Below are positions 39,368 to 53,000 of a DNA stretch of 64,000 nt, one piece after another. Numbering within the stretch: position 1 is the stretch's first letter; each line of letters begins with the position of its first letter. The translations under genes and the position numbers were made by a program. Origin of the DNA: Nymphaea colorata (lineage: Eukaryota); NCBI RefSeq assembly GCF_008831285.2, contig NC_045138.2, positions 29,450,001-29,514,000 of the forward strand, read 5' to 3'. A model generated the notes under the pieces. The model saw only the letters and a program-made list of their open reading frames with translations, searched no databases and was not told the origin of the DNA.

Positions 39368-40299
39368 TTGATTTGTGTGCTGTCTCAGTTGTTCGGACTA
39401 AGGTGCGGATGTGGTCATATTTGATATTATTCAGATATGTGACTCATAATATAGAGATGCATATATGTCTAAATAAGTATACGAGTTGTTCCAACAAGCG
39501 TTTAGGATAGGCGCTACCTAATAAATGAGCTAAAACAAATCATCGCTTTTTCCAAGGTTTACATATTAATATATTTATATAAATAAAAAAAGGCAAACAT
39601 TTTTGAATCCGAAATCTGATTTCATAATCAGATTCTAATCTTTGAATTCACATCTGAACCTGAATCCCCATTTCAAACTGAATCTGGCTGACTTTCAAAA
39701 TATATAAACATTGAATATATGATATTTATTTAAAACTAAATCTGATCTAAAACTGAAAGCGAATTTCACCACATATTTATGTATATCTTATCTGAATCCA
39801 AATCGGATCCGATATCATGTCTGAAATGCAAGTTCGATTTGATTTGTTAATTGGATTTTTTTTTGAAACAATTCATCGTCTATTAGATCTAAAACAGATA
39901 TTTAACATCCCTACCAAAAAACGTAAAACTAGACGTGCTATTTGCTCGTTTAACAAGTAGCTCTTGTGATTTGTTTATTTGGTACTATATACGTGGTCAT
40001 ATTTCATAAACTCTTCTTGTCCTTTAAGACATAACTTTAGTCATGATGTGGAGTTAGAGATCTCTTCCTCTCTCAGTTCTTCATTCAAAACACTGTTGCA
40101 TTATGTATATATATAGTCACCCAGCTCATTCATTCATGAAAGTCATCCGATCCATCACAATAGATATTAAAACAAAAAGAAAAAAGTGAATAAATACTCT
40201 ATAATGAAAATATCCGTATCTTTTTTTTCATACGATATGGACCGGACAACCCTCATCAGTAGTTGGGCCCAGAATTATTATTATTATTATTAGTATTAT

Positions 40300-40332
<33 letters not shown>

Positions 40333-40689
40333 TATATATGTCTCTCTGTGTGTGTATTCCCACTTCAAGCTAAAAAAAAATGATCTGTATAGCTCATCAC
40401 AAATCCATGTTTCTGCCTTTTCTGTTTAGTTATACGATCGCTTTCTAAGCGTTCATTAGTTGCATTCAATAAATTTCTGAACTAGATGTTCCAATTCTTA
40501 AGGGAACTCAAAAAAATTGAACTAATAACACCGAGTTCCTATTCTTCAGTTTCCTTTAATCACAAACCAAACCTACACATGAACGAGTCTTACTATCATA
40601 ATGCATACCGTTACTCAGACATTCTCGTACTGAGCAGGGGGCTTCAAAATTCCCAGATGTATAACCATCAGGAAGATAGGGGGTGATTC

Positions 40690-40900
40690 TCATGTCTTTC
40701 ATTTGGGATAGTGGTTCTGATAGTAAGCTTCATTCTCCCATTGGAGTAATATTTTCATGCCTTACCAAGAGGGTGGTATCAATGTTAATGACTTCACATA
40801 CTAGAACAGGGTATGCGCTTAGGAATGCAAAGTACAGCGATGGTTTAGCTGGAAAAGGCTCTATATTTTCATTATTCGAGTGGTGGCCTTATGTGTACAA
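40690..40900 (+). mobile_element. LINE ORF2 C-terminal remnant
   Basis: FIWDSGSDSKLH/..WSNIFMPYQEGGINVNDF resembles the L1 motif FLW.G...H.V.W..IC.P..EGGLG..D. Confidence 0.45.
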
Positions 40901-43900
40901 TCCGGTTACAAATCTACGTTATAGATGATAAATTTAGAGAAATACTTATATACATATTTTTACACTTTTGTACATACTAACAGGCCATCTCTCAAACTAC
41001 CCTGTCCAATAGTCATCCTGGAATTCAAGTCCTGCAATGAGCAACCATTGGAATAAAAAATAACTTGACAATTAGTAATTGATTCAATATCGAACTGAAA
41101 TTTTCAAATGTAATAAACATTTTTTACTAATACCATGTTTGATGGGGCATGGTGACTTTAAGAGCTTCATCTTTAGACAAAAAATTGAGAGACAATGACA
41201 TGTGGTCTAAGACACCACTGTCAATCATCCAAGCACCCTGTTTGTGAACATATCATACCCGCACAATTTGACTGAGCGTTGGGCAGTAGTGTGTGCATTG
41301 TATTCATCCATAGTAGGGACAGGGGCTCCATCCTTACTTGGAATAGGTGAAACGTCAGACTATTAAAGCATTGAAATGCATTTTGTCTTCATATGTGGCA
41401 TTTGCATTATCAGCTTTTTGTTTTCCTGCTTTGAAATTTGGAGGGTATCCATTTTGCTTGAAGTATCCAGCTATTTGGCAGGAACAAAAAAAGTGAGATA
41501 TGTTTATATATAAGTTACTGTCTCTTTCATATATATTTTCGAAAACAGAATTCTTGTTTTCAAGAACTTGTGAGTGCCGAAAGGTTATGGGCTCTAAGCC
41601 TATAAAAGACACAGTCTGCAATAAAACGATCCTAATTACGGCCATCCTCAGGTCCAGAGAAACTTATTGGAAAATAACAATACATATAAGAGCCATATTT
41701 TAGATTCTCTATACCAACCCAACGCAGGTAGTACTATTTGGGGAATAACTTTGTATGAACTATATTTCAGATTTATAATAGCGAAAAAAAAAACCATGAA
41801 AATCAAAAGTATGAATCAGAGTCTATATGTGATTGTCCATTCGACAATCACATGTAACCAAAGAGGGATCCCCTTTCAAAACTCAGATTTGGCCAACCAG
41901 AAAGCATTGATGCACATACATGATCATGAATGTGGGCTGTAGAAGCAGATAAAAACAGACAAGACTAAACAGTCTCAACCTGACTGTCTTTGAGTGATAG
42001 TCATATAAACGTGAAAGCGGACAGACTTTAGTTTTTTCTATTCGTGAATGTGTTAAATATGATAAGAAAGCTCTTCTCTGGACTTGGTTATTTCTGTACA
42101 AGATCTGATCTTCATTGAACTTATCCTCATCATCAAGAGATTGAGTACACAACCCTTGAACTCTTTCAGCATGTATCTCATTTTTTATGTTCAAGAATCC
42201 ACTACATGCCAACTTCTTTGAGATTGAACTCGATTTTGAGAAACCCAATTTTTGGCCCAGAGAGAGCTTCTTGTGAGTATGCAGTTCGATTCACTGATTT
42301 TATGAAGGGAACCTCTATTTTTCTGTTTGACGGCCATTTCTTTGACGGAAGCATGAAACACCAGATTTTCGGCAAGATATGTATCTCTAAGGAGGATGTT
42401 GGGGTGAACATCAAGATAATGTAAAAGCATATTTAACCACGTCAATTCTGAAACAGCACTTGCTAAAGGTTCTTATTCTGCCTCTACAGAAGATCTGGAA
42501 AGAGGGCGTCGTTTATTTGATGTAGCAGTTGACCAAACTCTGTTCAAAAACTCCACGTATATGTGATGTGTTCGTAGAAATACCTCCAATAAGTTCGAAA
42601 GCAAGAAAGCTAAATGCTATTGGCCCTTGATCCGGACTGGCACGACGGTAGGAGTAGGAAGTTTTCATTTGTTACCAAGAAAACGTTTCCTCAAGTGCAT
42701 AAGACGGAATCATTCTGTCGCAAATTTGGAAAGCTAGATGATGAGAACGTTGGATTCTGTCAATTGGTTTTTGTAACATGCTAGTATTCATACATGTTGA
42801 TATGAGCGGGAACCATAATCCTATGTTTGTACTTGTACATTTTAGTGGTAGTATATGTGAACTGCAACTATCGACAATCGACTTCAGCATGAGATGAGTT
42901 AGTTGAAACCATTCAAATTTACATGCACGGTTAGTTTGCATGGTTAAGTGTTCTGAAATCGGGAATTAAAAGTAACTTTTTTTTATTAGAAATTGGGAAA
43001 TAATCACTTAATTCATTGACTAAAATCTTGGGCGCTGACTCTATTGTATAACTTTTAATTCACTTTTAGCAGCATGATAAAAAGTGATAGGTCCTAAAGT
43101 AGCAAGTGACAGAACCAGTGGTAGAGACTATCCCATCTGGTAGATCAGGAAAGTTCATCTAAATAAAGGAACTATTGTAAGTATAAACGTTTACGTTTAT
43201 TAACACTGTGGGACAATGAGTTAATATATAACTTTAGCGGGTGAGAACAAGAGGTACGCTTTAAATAGGTTTGACATGGCCAGGGGTTAGTGGGGCAAAG
43301 AATACTGCAAAATCTCTATTAAAATAAGGATGCAACATTCGTCACATATTACGCAAGCAAAAATGTTACCATCATATGAAGATTGAACGAATTACGAATT
43401 GAAAACCAATCACTCACAACTTGCAGAGTCAAATGTTACTTTATAGACTCATTAACAACAATTCACCAAGGTTTCCACGATTAAGTTGGGTGACATGGCT
43501 ATGCAATTATCGAATCCCACTGAGACACTCTAGAAGTCATGATAGACTCCAATAAATTGTGTTCCGTATCAAATGACTCAGGCTCTCCTTAGATGAAGGA
43601 TTGCCAAGATTGAGCTGTAATAAAAATAACAGCGGGAGTCTGAACAAGGCTGCCTTTATTCACTGTTTGATCTCGATTCCCGTCCCCCCACCCCCATCAT
43701 CTCCATCAACTTTTAAACATTCATCGGACTTTTCCAATCCTCGCTTTTAATATTTCCAAGGACAAACGCATTAATTTTTAACTTGGGTTGAATCCGCCTT
43801 GTGGGTTTTGTGGGAGTCTAGAGAATGACATACAAAATAAAGTTAATCACTTGAACAGGTTTGTCTGAGCAAAGTAGTTCACGCTTTTGCTAGGAGAGGC

Positions 43901-46329
43901 CACGGAATCACAATACTTTTCATTTCTAAGTTGCACAGGCAGAAATATTTACACGGCCAAAGATTAGTAGTTACAAAAGGAAGTGTAACATTTGTCGCAG
44001 CACACAAGAAAAAAAGTTGTGGGGATCCGCTGGTGAAGATTAAATGAACTATGAACCGAAAAACAATCCCTAACAACTTGCAGGATCAAAGCTTATATTA
44101 TGCTAAGCATAAATCTCATTCGTCAGTATGAGAATACATTTCCAGCTGATTTGGATCTTTCTCCGGACTATTATAACAGTTGGAGAGCGACATTTCATGT
44201 GTTATGTAGGGGGGAAAACATTTCCCCAGTTATATAAAACGGGATCGCTCTCATTCATTTTGGAAACATTTATACAATTCATACGGCGTGTAGTGAGAAC
44301 CAAGTGTTGTCTTGGCATCGAATTTAATGTTTGTAGCAAACATTTGACTGCGTCTGTAGATCCGTTCTTTCGACTATTATCGATCAGGAACGACTATAGA
44401 CTTGGTCCAAATAAAAATTTTGGTAAATAAAAATCGTGGTTGATGAGCTCGCAACGTTATCAAAAAGATAGGTGACTTGGTCCCTGATCACTCGTGCAAG
44501 GTCTGGACAAATTCTTCAACTTGACCTTAGAAATAAGAAAAGGCAGACAGACTTTTCTCTCGCAAGTTCCAAATATTCAACGTTATTGTCATAGCATTCA
44601 AATGCTTGTTTATTATTATATGGTACACAATTTTGTTTGTTTGGATCGATAGATTTTTAGTTGTTCTATACGTTTCCAGGGATATATTGCCCATCGATCC
44701 ATCCCAATGAGCCGCCTGTCGAATCAGGAGCCATCATGCTTCCAAGCAAGTAAAATTCTGCATGACAGGGGTATATTGTATTGCTCTCCTTTCTCTTCAG
44801 CACTCCCGGGATCCATCTTACCGGATCTAGGAACCAGCCTTTATTGAAGAAGCAAAAGAGTCCATTACCAAAAGTCAAGAGCAAGCCAACCGGCTCCTTC
44901 CGACAACGCGCCTCTGATCCTTCCTCTCCTTTCAAGCCAATACATCTTTACATTGGAAGAGCAAGTCCATTACTACGTTTGTCTCAACTTATCGCATATC
45001 TTAAACATTGGGCGGAGTCTAGGCACAGCTTCATTTATTATTTGTCAGACTGATCTCAATCGTTTCCCGTCCCCATCCCCATGATCCTCATCATTCAGCT
45101 TAAACATTCATTGGACTTTTCTAATCCTCACTTTAAATATTTTCAATTCATTGGACTTTTCTAATCCTCTCTCTTAATATTTTCAAGGAGCAAGTCACAA
45201 ATTTTGAGTTGTCCGGAAAAGATGGGGCCATGATTGTTGGACTTGATTGGGATGGGGTGACGGGACACATCTTCCTCATCCGTCAAGTAAATGGACTTGA
45301 TTGAGATGGGATGATAGGACACAGAACCCCTGTCTAAAATGCAGTGACCAGACCAGTCGAGTCAACGATATCCGCCTTCTGGGTGCGAGAGTTAGGAATT
45401 TTGCAGTAGAACTAAACTACAGTATCTAGATTCTAACCAAAGCTTAAACATAATTTTTTGAAATTTTTATATAGGTTTTTTTTTTCTAAGTTACATGTAC
45501 TTCTTTTTTAAATTTGAAAGGGAGGAGGAGGGGGGGTTTGCCGTTTGCTTTTCCCACAAAACTATAAGATGGACGGCAGCCTATAGTTGGTACGGCGGGG
45601 CGGGTGGCCCACGCGAGTCCCTTGGCTTTTGGGTTTTGGTGGCACTCGACCTTCTAAAAAGACTTGTTTAAATCTTGGGTTCTTGCAAAATTAAGTCATC
45701 GAAATGTCTACATCGCCTGCTTATAGATCTAGCGTTTAGGATTTCCAGTCTACAAGCATTCTCTGTGATTTTTGTATGTAACATGTATTGATTTGCGGGA
45801 ATAACGGGAATGGCTTTTGCCGTTGTAAAATCCGTGACAAATATGATGGTTTTTTTTTTTTTTATTTCTAAATGTACCTGTCTGAATATTCAAGTGATTC
45901 ATTTAGGCAGCTTTTCTTTGCTAAAAAGTTGAAAAAAAAAATGCTAGATAGTACCAAACAGATGTTAGTAAGTGGAGAGAGAGAGCCTCAGATAGGTGTA
46001 TTACTAATGAGCGGTCCATTGTATTGATACTAGAGGTATCGGAACCTGATATAAAGAAGGTAGAAGCCTGTACAACAAATGCTCTACCCACTTGACTCTG
46101 TCATTGGATCACTTTGGTGAGGGTGGTAATGATGTTGGGGGACTTATTACTTTTCAGTCAATTCTCAACTTGATTTGGGGCTTACGAGTTACTCCAGATA
46201 AAGATATATTCTCGAATTAATTAAGTCAGAGTACGTTACGTAAAAGAATAATCCTCATCATTCAGCCTTAACATTCATTGGACTTTTCTAAATAATCCTC
46301 ATTATTGAATTGCTTCAAACGTCATGTTG

Positions 46330-47690
46330 GCGATGATAAAAAGAAAGGAAAGGGGTCCGTTCCATAAAACTCGTGGGGTCCGGGCGCACACCTAGCCTTA
46401 AGTGAGGAAACAACAACGCGGACCTCTTTAATGGTCACATGCTGCAATAAACGAGCATTCTCAGTATCACTAACTCTTGGGCCTACCTTAAGGGCTCCTG
46501 GTAACTCGCCTGAGCCCTCTTCTATTTTCAAAACATCTTTATAGAAGTTTTCACATATTTGTCTAATAGTACCTGCATCTTCAGTTTCCTGGTCATTATG
46601 AAGTAACGCATGAATATAATCCTTAGACCTTCTCCCTCTAACCTGAGCCTGTTAATATGCAGTATTAGGGTCATTCTCAACCATCCATGTTTTCCATGAC
46701 TTCAGCCTCCATGAGCTCTCCTTCTTTGCAAAAGAGGCTACCAGCTCGTCCTTTAGGACCCTATCATGCGCATTCGCTTCATGCACCCCTTTTACTAACA
46801 AAGCCTGGTTCTCATCGATCGCTTTCCTCAAGCTTCAGTGCCTTTCCCCTGCATCACCAAAAAGATGTCATGCTAATGACCATGGGCTCATCTCGTGCTC
46901 TACAATTTCAAAGATACCTGAACCCAGGGACTTCCATCATCTGTATCTCTCCAGGCATCTATAATCACCACAACACAACCTTCCTTCTGATCCCAATGAC
47001 TAAAATATCGGAAAGAATGAGAGAATTTAGCCTCCCTGTTTTGATGAAAGTGAACATGCCGTGAAAGGGGCAATGGTCGGACATAGATCGGGAAAGGAAT
47101 CGCAGTTTGCTGTCCATTCCACATTTCCCGTTCCATCCTTGATTTATAATACACCAATTGGGCCTGCACCGCAACAGAGCCATTCTTTTCTCCCTGGTTT
47201 GCCGAAGTGAAACGCCTACCTGGATCAGAAAGACATTTAAGCTTGCAGTTTAAAATGAATTTACAACAGACATGACAAGAAATAATCAGCCGTTCAACAA
47301 CTGACCGCTCCCCACTTGAAGTTTCTCATAATGAAGAAAAGAACCAGCTGAATAATTAAAAAAAGAAAGTAACTTTCACTGGATTCTTAAATGCACATAT
47401 CCACCTCCTTATCGGTGACAACCATTGCTTTATGACGTCAGAAGGCCTCAATCATTCACCAACCTTCACAGCTGTACAGAATTCCAACGGACACTCGCAG
47501 GCGCTTGAAATTTTCTTCTTTTCACTGTGAGCAAACCACAAACAGTCTGTTGAAAAGAGGAAAAAAAAAAAAAAAGGATAAAGATAGAAGCAGCTACCAT
47601 CATGGCTTCTCGCGAGACAAAGATCGGCTCCATCTGCCGTGAAGGTTTTGAGGGTTGAAGGCATCTTTACCGGTTATGATGAGCAGAACT
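46330..47690 (-). mobile_element. LINE (L1-like) remnant, endonuclease to pre-RT region
   Basis: WCIINQGW...LSRSMSDHCP (endonuclease) and VTIKEVRVVVSSLKARCAPGPHEF (EEIK.A.....KAPGPDGF) on the minus strand. Confidence 0.7.
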
Positions 47691-48939
47691 AGAACTCTTT
47701 TCATCCAAATATCTTGAGAATTCCCGTTATACTTGTCAACTTGGTCATGTCACCTGATTATTTAGAGTTATCCAATTATTTAACTAAGGTCATCCATAAA
47801 TAACTGGGTGACTCTAAAAAAATTAGAGCCACTAGTATTCAATATATATATATATATAGTCAAACGGAAAAACGTGCATTCTGTTCAGTGAAACCCAAGA
47901 GTGGTTTTGGTTCAGTGGGACCCACGATCGGGGTGGAAATCTTGCGTTTCCTGATTTATAAGAGCTGGAACGGGTTAACTACCTACACATGGCACAAGGT
48001 CACGACAATGCAAGCACATAAAACAAAGAATAATCAACGCAAATGAAAACAGTCATAAGAAAAGATGTAGGGAGAAAAGGCCACCCATTCGTCAGGCCAC
48101 AGAACACAAAACGCAGAATATAGTCATTTATTCATCAAACAAACGACCGAGAAACACATAAAACAGAACCTACCTAATAATAATAATAATAATAAAAACA
48201 ACTAACAGCACACAAATAACAGCAAGGTAGGGTGTACATACCAGTAAGAGAGACGTCCTATAGGCGGGCCCTCCAGCAATGCTGCAATCTCACGGCGTGC
48301 AGTGTAATGACCGTTGAACTTCAGAGGTATTTGGGATTGAGAATTGGGGGTTTAGGGAGAGAACCGTGGTTAATTAGGACTACTTGACTCTTGAGCTTTT
48401 TTTTTTTTCATTTTTATTTAATTTTAATTTGTTTTAATTAAAACAATTAATCTGTCCTTGAGGCGTACGCCTCAAGCACTGAACGTGCCACATATGGAGG
48501 CGTACGCCTCAAGCACTTGAGGCGCATGCTTTAGGGATGCGTGCGCCTCACACCATGCCTCAAGACGTTTTTTTAAAAAAATGCCTTGAATCGTTCATGA
48601 ATTGTAAGCTTCTTACAACATTGCTGCCAACGTTCTAATTTATGGATAGAGAAGGTATCAACAGGAACGGCGGCAGCCAAAAAGCCTCTCGTAGTACTAG
48701 TTGACATCAACCGGCAAGAATTCGAAGGTAACTCTCTCTTCTTTAGCTGGGAGATGGTTTCGTTGAAGAATATAGTTCATCACGGAAACATGAAACAGTA
48801 CTCCATACTCAACTGCTTTTTCTCGCAGCGTGTCTCTCTATATCGTCCGCGACTCCGCTGCCATACGCATGCACCAACACGCCGGTTTTCTCTCTCGCGT
48901 TTCAAAAAAGGGTTTGTTTTTTTTTTGGTCGCCCGATAA

Positions 48940-49365
48940 ATTTAAATTTTTCTATGGCTTATGAAAAGGGGTATCTCGGCCATCCGTCAGACCTCATGGG
49001 CGTGTGGTCATCGTCTACCAAATCAGACAGGATCGTCCGCCAGATCTGGAATCTCGTCATTATGGTCGCCGTCCGGCGGAATCTGACCACGTCGTCAACA
49101 TTCATTGCTTGCGGTTGCTGCCGTTGCTTGTTCTTTTTTGCCCACCACGGCTTCTCGCTCATCTTCTGCCGTCGGGCCATCTAAATTTCTACTTTCTTGG
49201 AGTTTTGTCATGGAAAAGCATTATTGTTACTATGTTTCAAAATGGGGGCACTTTTCCTTTTTTTTTTTTTTTTTTTTTTCAAAGATGTTTTTCACTTTTT
49301 CAATTTTTTTTCAAACGGTTGTTCTTTTTGTAATATGAAAAACACTTTCGTCGCTTGAGTGAAGG
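48940..49365 (+). repeat. Block duplicated at ~54080-54535
   Basis: Highly similar CCGTCAGACCTCATGGGCGTGTGGTCAT...AACACTTTCGTCGCTTGAGTGAAG. Confidence 0.85.
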
Positions 49366-49375
49366 CCTTTGTTTA

Positions 49376-49651
49376 GGTTGTGTTTGATTGTTTCGGATTT
49401 TAAATCTAGAGTATAGTTTGGATATGATGTTTTAAAATGTTAGGTTTTAAAAATCTTGGATTGATGCACTTCCTCAGCCTCTTTTTTTTCTTCCCTTCTC
49501 CACCTTCATGGGTAGATCTGAAACCCACATCTGAAGCCAAATCCCCCCTTCGATTTGAGATCCATGGATTTTAGCATTCTCACGGTTTTAAGGTCTACAG
49601 TTTGATCAACCTCAAATTTGCTCAGCAATTCCGATGCTATCGAACACAACT
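49376..49651. mobile_element. PIF/Harbinger (Tourist-like) MITE, 276 bp
   Basis: TIR GGTTGTGTTTGA / TCGAACACAACT with TSD TTA on both sides. Empty site in the paralogous block at 12891-12910 (TTTGTTTATTGAGCACCTGA). Confidence 0.8.
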
Positions 49652-49654
49652 TTA

Positions 49655-50137
49655 TTGAGCACCTGAACATTCAACGTTTAGTTGAATACCCAAAACATTA
49701 AATTTCTCTTGCCTTTTACGACAAGAATAAAGACAAAAACGCATGCATCTCTTAATTAAACTAAAATATAAGCGTTTGATTAAGCAATATGGCCGTTAAC
49801 TTTGGCGGGTTATGCCAGGCGACTGAACCTTAGTACCTTTTCTTGGAGGGATCTCCTTGGTGAAGGTGGTAATGATATTGGGATACTTTCTTCTTACTTT
49901 TTGTTGGCCAGGTCTATAGGTCTTTCCTTAGTAAACTGAATTGAGTTCACGCAGTCTCGTCTAACATTTTTTGCTTGAGCAAGCATACTGGTCTTAGAAA
50001 TAATTCTGATGGAGATTTTTTTTTGCAAAAGCAGGTACTTTTATTTATTATATTTGAAGTTGGAAAGTGAAAAGGGATGTTGAAAATCTGTGTGAACGTG
50101 TAAGTGGGGTTGTCAATTACGAACTGAAATAGTACGT

Positions 50138-50140
<3 letters not shown>
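49655..50140 (+). promoter_or_regulatory. Upstream region of copy E, duplicated upstream of copy B (12899-13400)
   Basis: Collinear similarity ending at the ankyrin exon in both copies. The promoter role is inferred from position only. Confidence 0.45.
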
Positions 50141-50213
<73 letters not shown>

Positions 50214-50650
50214 TATCCATGGATAGAAGGGTGTACAGGTGTGCTGTTGATGGGGACACAGCTGCACTGGTTGAGCTTGTAAGGGAATACGAACTCATCT
50301 TAGAAAGAGTTCTAGTGGACTGTGAGGATCCTAGCGGCCGAACCCAGGTGTCTGCAGGAGGTGACTGCCCAAGGAGAGACGGCCCTGCACTTGACTGTCC
50401 GGAATAACAGGGTGGAACTACTGAGGTACTTCTTGGATAGGGAAGACATCGGGGGCCTTGTGAGCAAAAGGGACTGTCATGGCAATACCATCTCGGATTT
50501 GTCTTCAAAAGGCAACAACTATGAGGTAACTGCCTCCCACTTAATTTTGTTCAGGATGAGTTTGCTTGGTTTGAATGAGATACTAGGGGATTTGAGCTAC
50601 GTTCGACATAGCTGGGGCGGCTTAAGTCAAATCAAATGAAAGCTTGAAGG

Positions 50651-50952
50651 GGGCTTTTTGATGGCACTTCATCTATTCAGGTTTTCTGAAAGACATCTTT
50701 TATCATTTTTGAAAACATGGTCTGTTTGTATAGGTGATACACCAAAAAAACCTGGTTTTTTGGATGGATAGATTTTTTCACTCCCTTGTCCTATTAAAAG
50801 TCACTTTTTCTCAATTGTCCAATTTTTGTGGCACCCGATCTCCTCAAAAACCAAGTTTTTGCAGCACCCAATCTCTTCAAAAATCTGGTTTAAAAACTTG
50901 GTTTTGAGCTTCACCACCAAAACTTAGTTTTGGGATGTCATCCAAATGGCCC
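50651..50952. mobile_element. Tourist-like MITE in the intron of copy E (related sequence at ~38330-38570)
   Basis: Imperfect TIR GGGCTTTTTGATG / CATCCAAATGGCCC. TSD not clean. Confidence 0.4.
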
Positions 50953-51065
50953 ACTAAGACATGGCCTGCCTGATCAGATGTGGCGTCTAGGTAAACCAAG
51001 GCTATTCCATTAACTGCATAAAAATTGGAATGGTAGCATGGATCGTAAGCGAATTTTCGGCTTAA

Positions 51066-51070
<5 letters not shown>

Positions 51071-51141
<71 letters not shown>
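51071..51141. repeat. (AT)n microsatellite (others at 35436-35480 and 50140-50209 (AT)n(GA)n)
   Basis: Directly visible. Confidence 0.95.
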
Positions 51142-51144
<3 letters not shown>

Positions 51145-51459
51145 GCCTAATTTGAGTTGAATCCATTGACGCATCCAAGCGTAGGCACTGACCGGGACTG
51201 TTTGCGTATTAGTGCCATTCAGCCATTTTATTATATATTTATTTTCTCAACCGGAAGTTTTTTAATTTACTTAATACGTATAATTAGTACTCTTCAGTAC
51301 AAAATTTTCCGCTGGGCCTCTGGTTGGATCTAGCATTTTTTTGGCCAAATTTCACTTGAGCGAATCTCAGATTGTATATATTAGACGCTTGATTGCTGAT
51401 CACGAGGCCAAAGGGTTCTCTTATTTACTCTCTCTTTCTCATTATATATTATATTATGC

Positions 51460-52152
51460 ATGCAGATAATGGACGCTCTTGAATCGAACCCAAACCTGCT
51501 GGAAGGCGGCTGGAGTTTCAGTGGTGTTGCACCTTTTCACAGTTCAAGGTCGCTGGATGTGGAGAGCCGACATTGTTGTGCTGTTTCGCCTGGTGAAGGA
51601 GTGCAAATCGAAGCTAGGCTGAGCGAGAAGAGAGGGGCGATGATGATTGTGAGCGTGCTGATAGCAACGCTGAGTTACCAGGCCGCCCTCAACCCTCCTG
51701 GTGGCTCCTGGCCGGATAACAAATCTGACTCCGCATCCACTGCCGCCTTACTAGCACCCTTCCCCCCTGCGGTTGTCGTTGGAGATGAACACACTGCAGG
51801 CACAGCAATCAATGCTACACGCTTCCCCTACGCAGCCTTTGTTGTGTCTAATGCGGTGGGGTTATTTGCATCACTGGCCACCATCTTGCTCTTGACAACC
51901 GCCAGAACCATTAAGCGGCCGATCATGATGTGGGGGTTGATCTTTATTATATGGGTCTCCGTCTTCTCAGTTGCGTTGAGTTTCGTCTTCGGATTAATGT
52001 TGATCGCACATGACATGCCGTTGATTGTATCTCAGATTTTTTTGTCGTGCATGGGGCTATTTGCCATACTGCTCATATTGCCGACGGCGATATGCGTGAG
52101 GAAGCTTATAGGATGGGTAAGGAAACAACTGTCATGCCGTAAAACAGTTTAA
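51460..52152 (+). CDS. PGG-domain exon of copy E, uninterrupted 230-aa ORF with its own in-frame ATGs
   Basis: RLSEKRGAMMIVSVLIATLSYQAALNPPGGSW plus 3 further hydrophobic segments. ATGs at 51460 and 51469. Confidence 0.6.
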   Translation: MQIMDALESNPNLLEGGWSFSGVAPFHSSRSLDVESRHCCAVSPGEGVQIEARLSEKRGAMMIVSVLIATLSYQAALNPPGGSWPDNKSDSASTAALLAPFPPAVVVGDEHTAGTAINATRFPYAAFVVSNAVGLFASLATILLLTTARTIKRPIMMWGLIFIIWVSVFSVALSFVFGLMLIAHDMPLIVSQIFLSCMGLFAILLILPTAICVRKLIGWVRKQLSCRKTV

Positions 52153-52574
52153 TTGACTTGTGTGCTGCCCCGGAGTGTTTGGAATATGATGAACTCTTTT
52201 GATATGTGACTTATAACATGGGGATGCATATATAATTGCGAGTATGTCTAAGAGTTGTTCAAACAAGCGTTTAGAAAGGCTGCCACTTCCATACAAAAAA
52301 CTATTCAAGTCAGATGTATTTTTATTGCTATCCACTTTTTCGAATGTTTGTATATTTAGACTCTAATATGAATAAAGAAAAGTCACCACACGGCATTAGG
52401 TACATGGTTACCCTACGCTCGTCGAATGTTGCAGCGGAGAGGACTTCTCCTCCCCCTGCACATTTCACAGCAAATTTAAATGTTCGTTTTCCTTTTTTTT
52501 AAAAAAATCATGCAAGAGGAGCGTACCTTACACCAGAGGTTAGTGGGGCCAAGAATTCTGCATAGGAAGTAATT

Positions 52575-53000
52575 TTGACAATCGGATGAAGATTAAATAA
52601 ATTATGAACTGAAAAAGAATCACTAACAACTTGCCGGGTCAAAGCTTATATTATGGAAAGCACAAATGACATTCGTCAACATGAGAATTTACTTCCACCC
52701 GATTTAAATCTTGCTCCGGACTGGCATAACAGTTGGATTTGTTACATAAGAGGGAAAACATTTCCCCAGTTGTACAAAACCGGACCACTCTCATTCATTT
52801 TGGACAATGTAAGGGCATTGAATTCTGTGAAACGGGTTCTGCAACATACTACCATTCATACGTGTTGTCAGAACAACAAATGAATCAAACATTTTAGTGC
52901 TTCTATAGATCCGATCTCTCGAGTATTCTCATCAGGAAAAGACTATAGACTATTGGTCTAAAAAAAGTTTTGGTAAATAAAAATCGTGGTAGATGAGCAC
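52575..53000 (+). repeat. Block duplicated at ~44030-44450; also 54780-55160 versus 43020-43440
   Basis: Shared GGGAAAACATTTCCCCAGTT.TA.AAAAC, TTTTGGTAAATAAAAATCGTGGT and GGAAAGTTCATCT. Confidence 0.8.

Larger units (their letters stand above)
50219..52152 (+). pseudogene. ANK-PGG copy E: ankyrin exon with frameshifting internal deletion; PGG exon open
   Basis: Exon 1 50219-50525 joins ...VLVDCED directly to the ILAA.P codons out of frame (~260 bp missing versus copy B). Phase-0 intron 50526-51465. Exon 2 51466-52152. Confidence 0.85.

Noticed and set aside
44666..45053. Opposing ~90-aa ORFs in a moderately GC-rich patch
   Set aside because: No recognisable motif or splice structure.
48458..48565. 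Repeated palindrome TTGAGGCGTACGCCTCAA with short spacers, superficially CRISPR-like or operator-like
   Set aside because: Eukaryotic context, irregular spacing and only 2-3 copies. More like subterminal repeats of a decayed DNA transposon.
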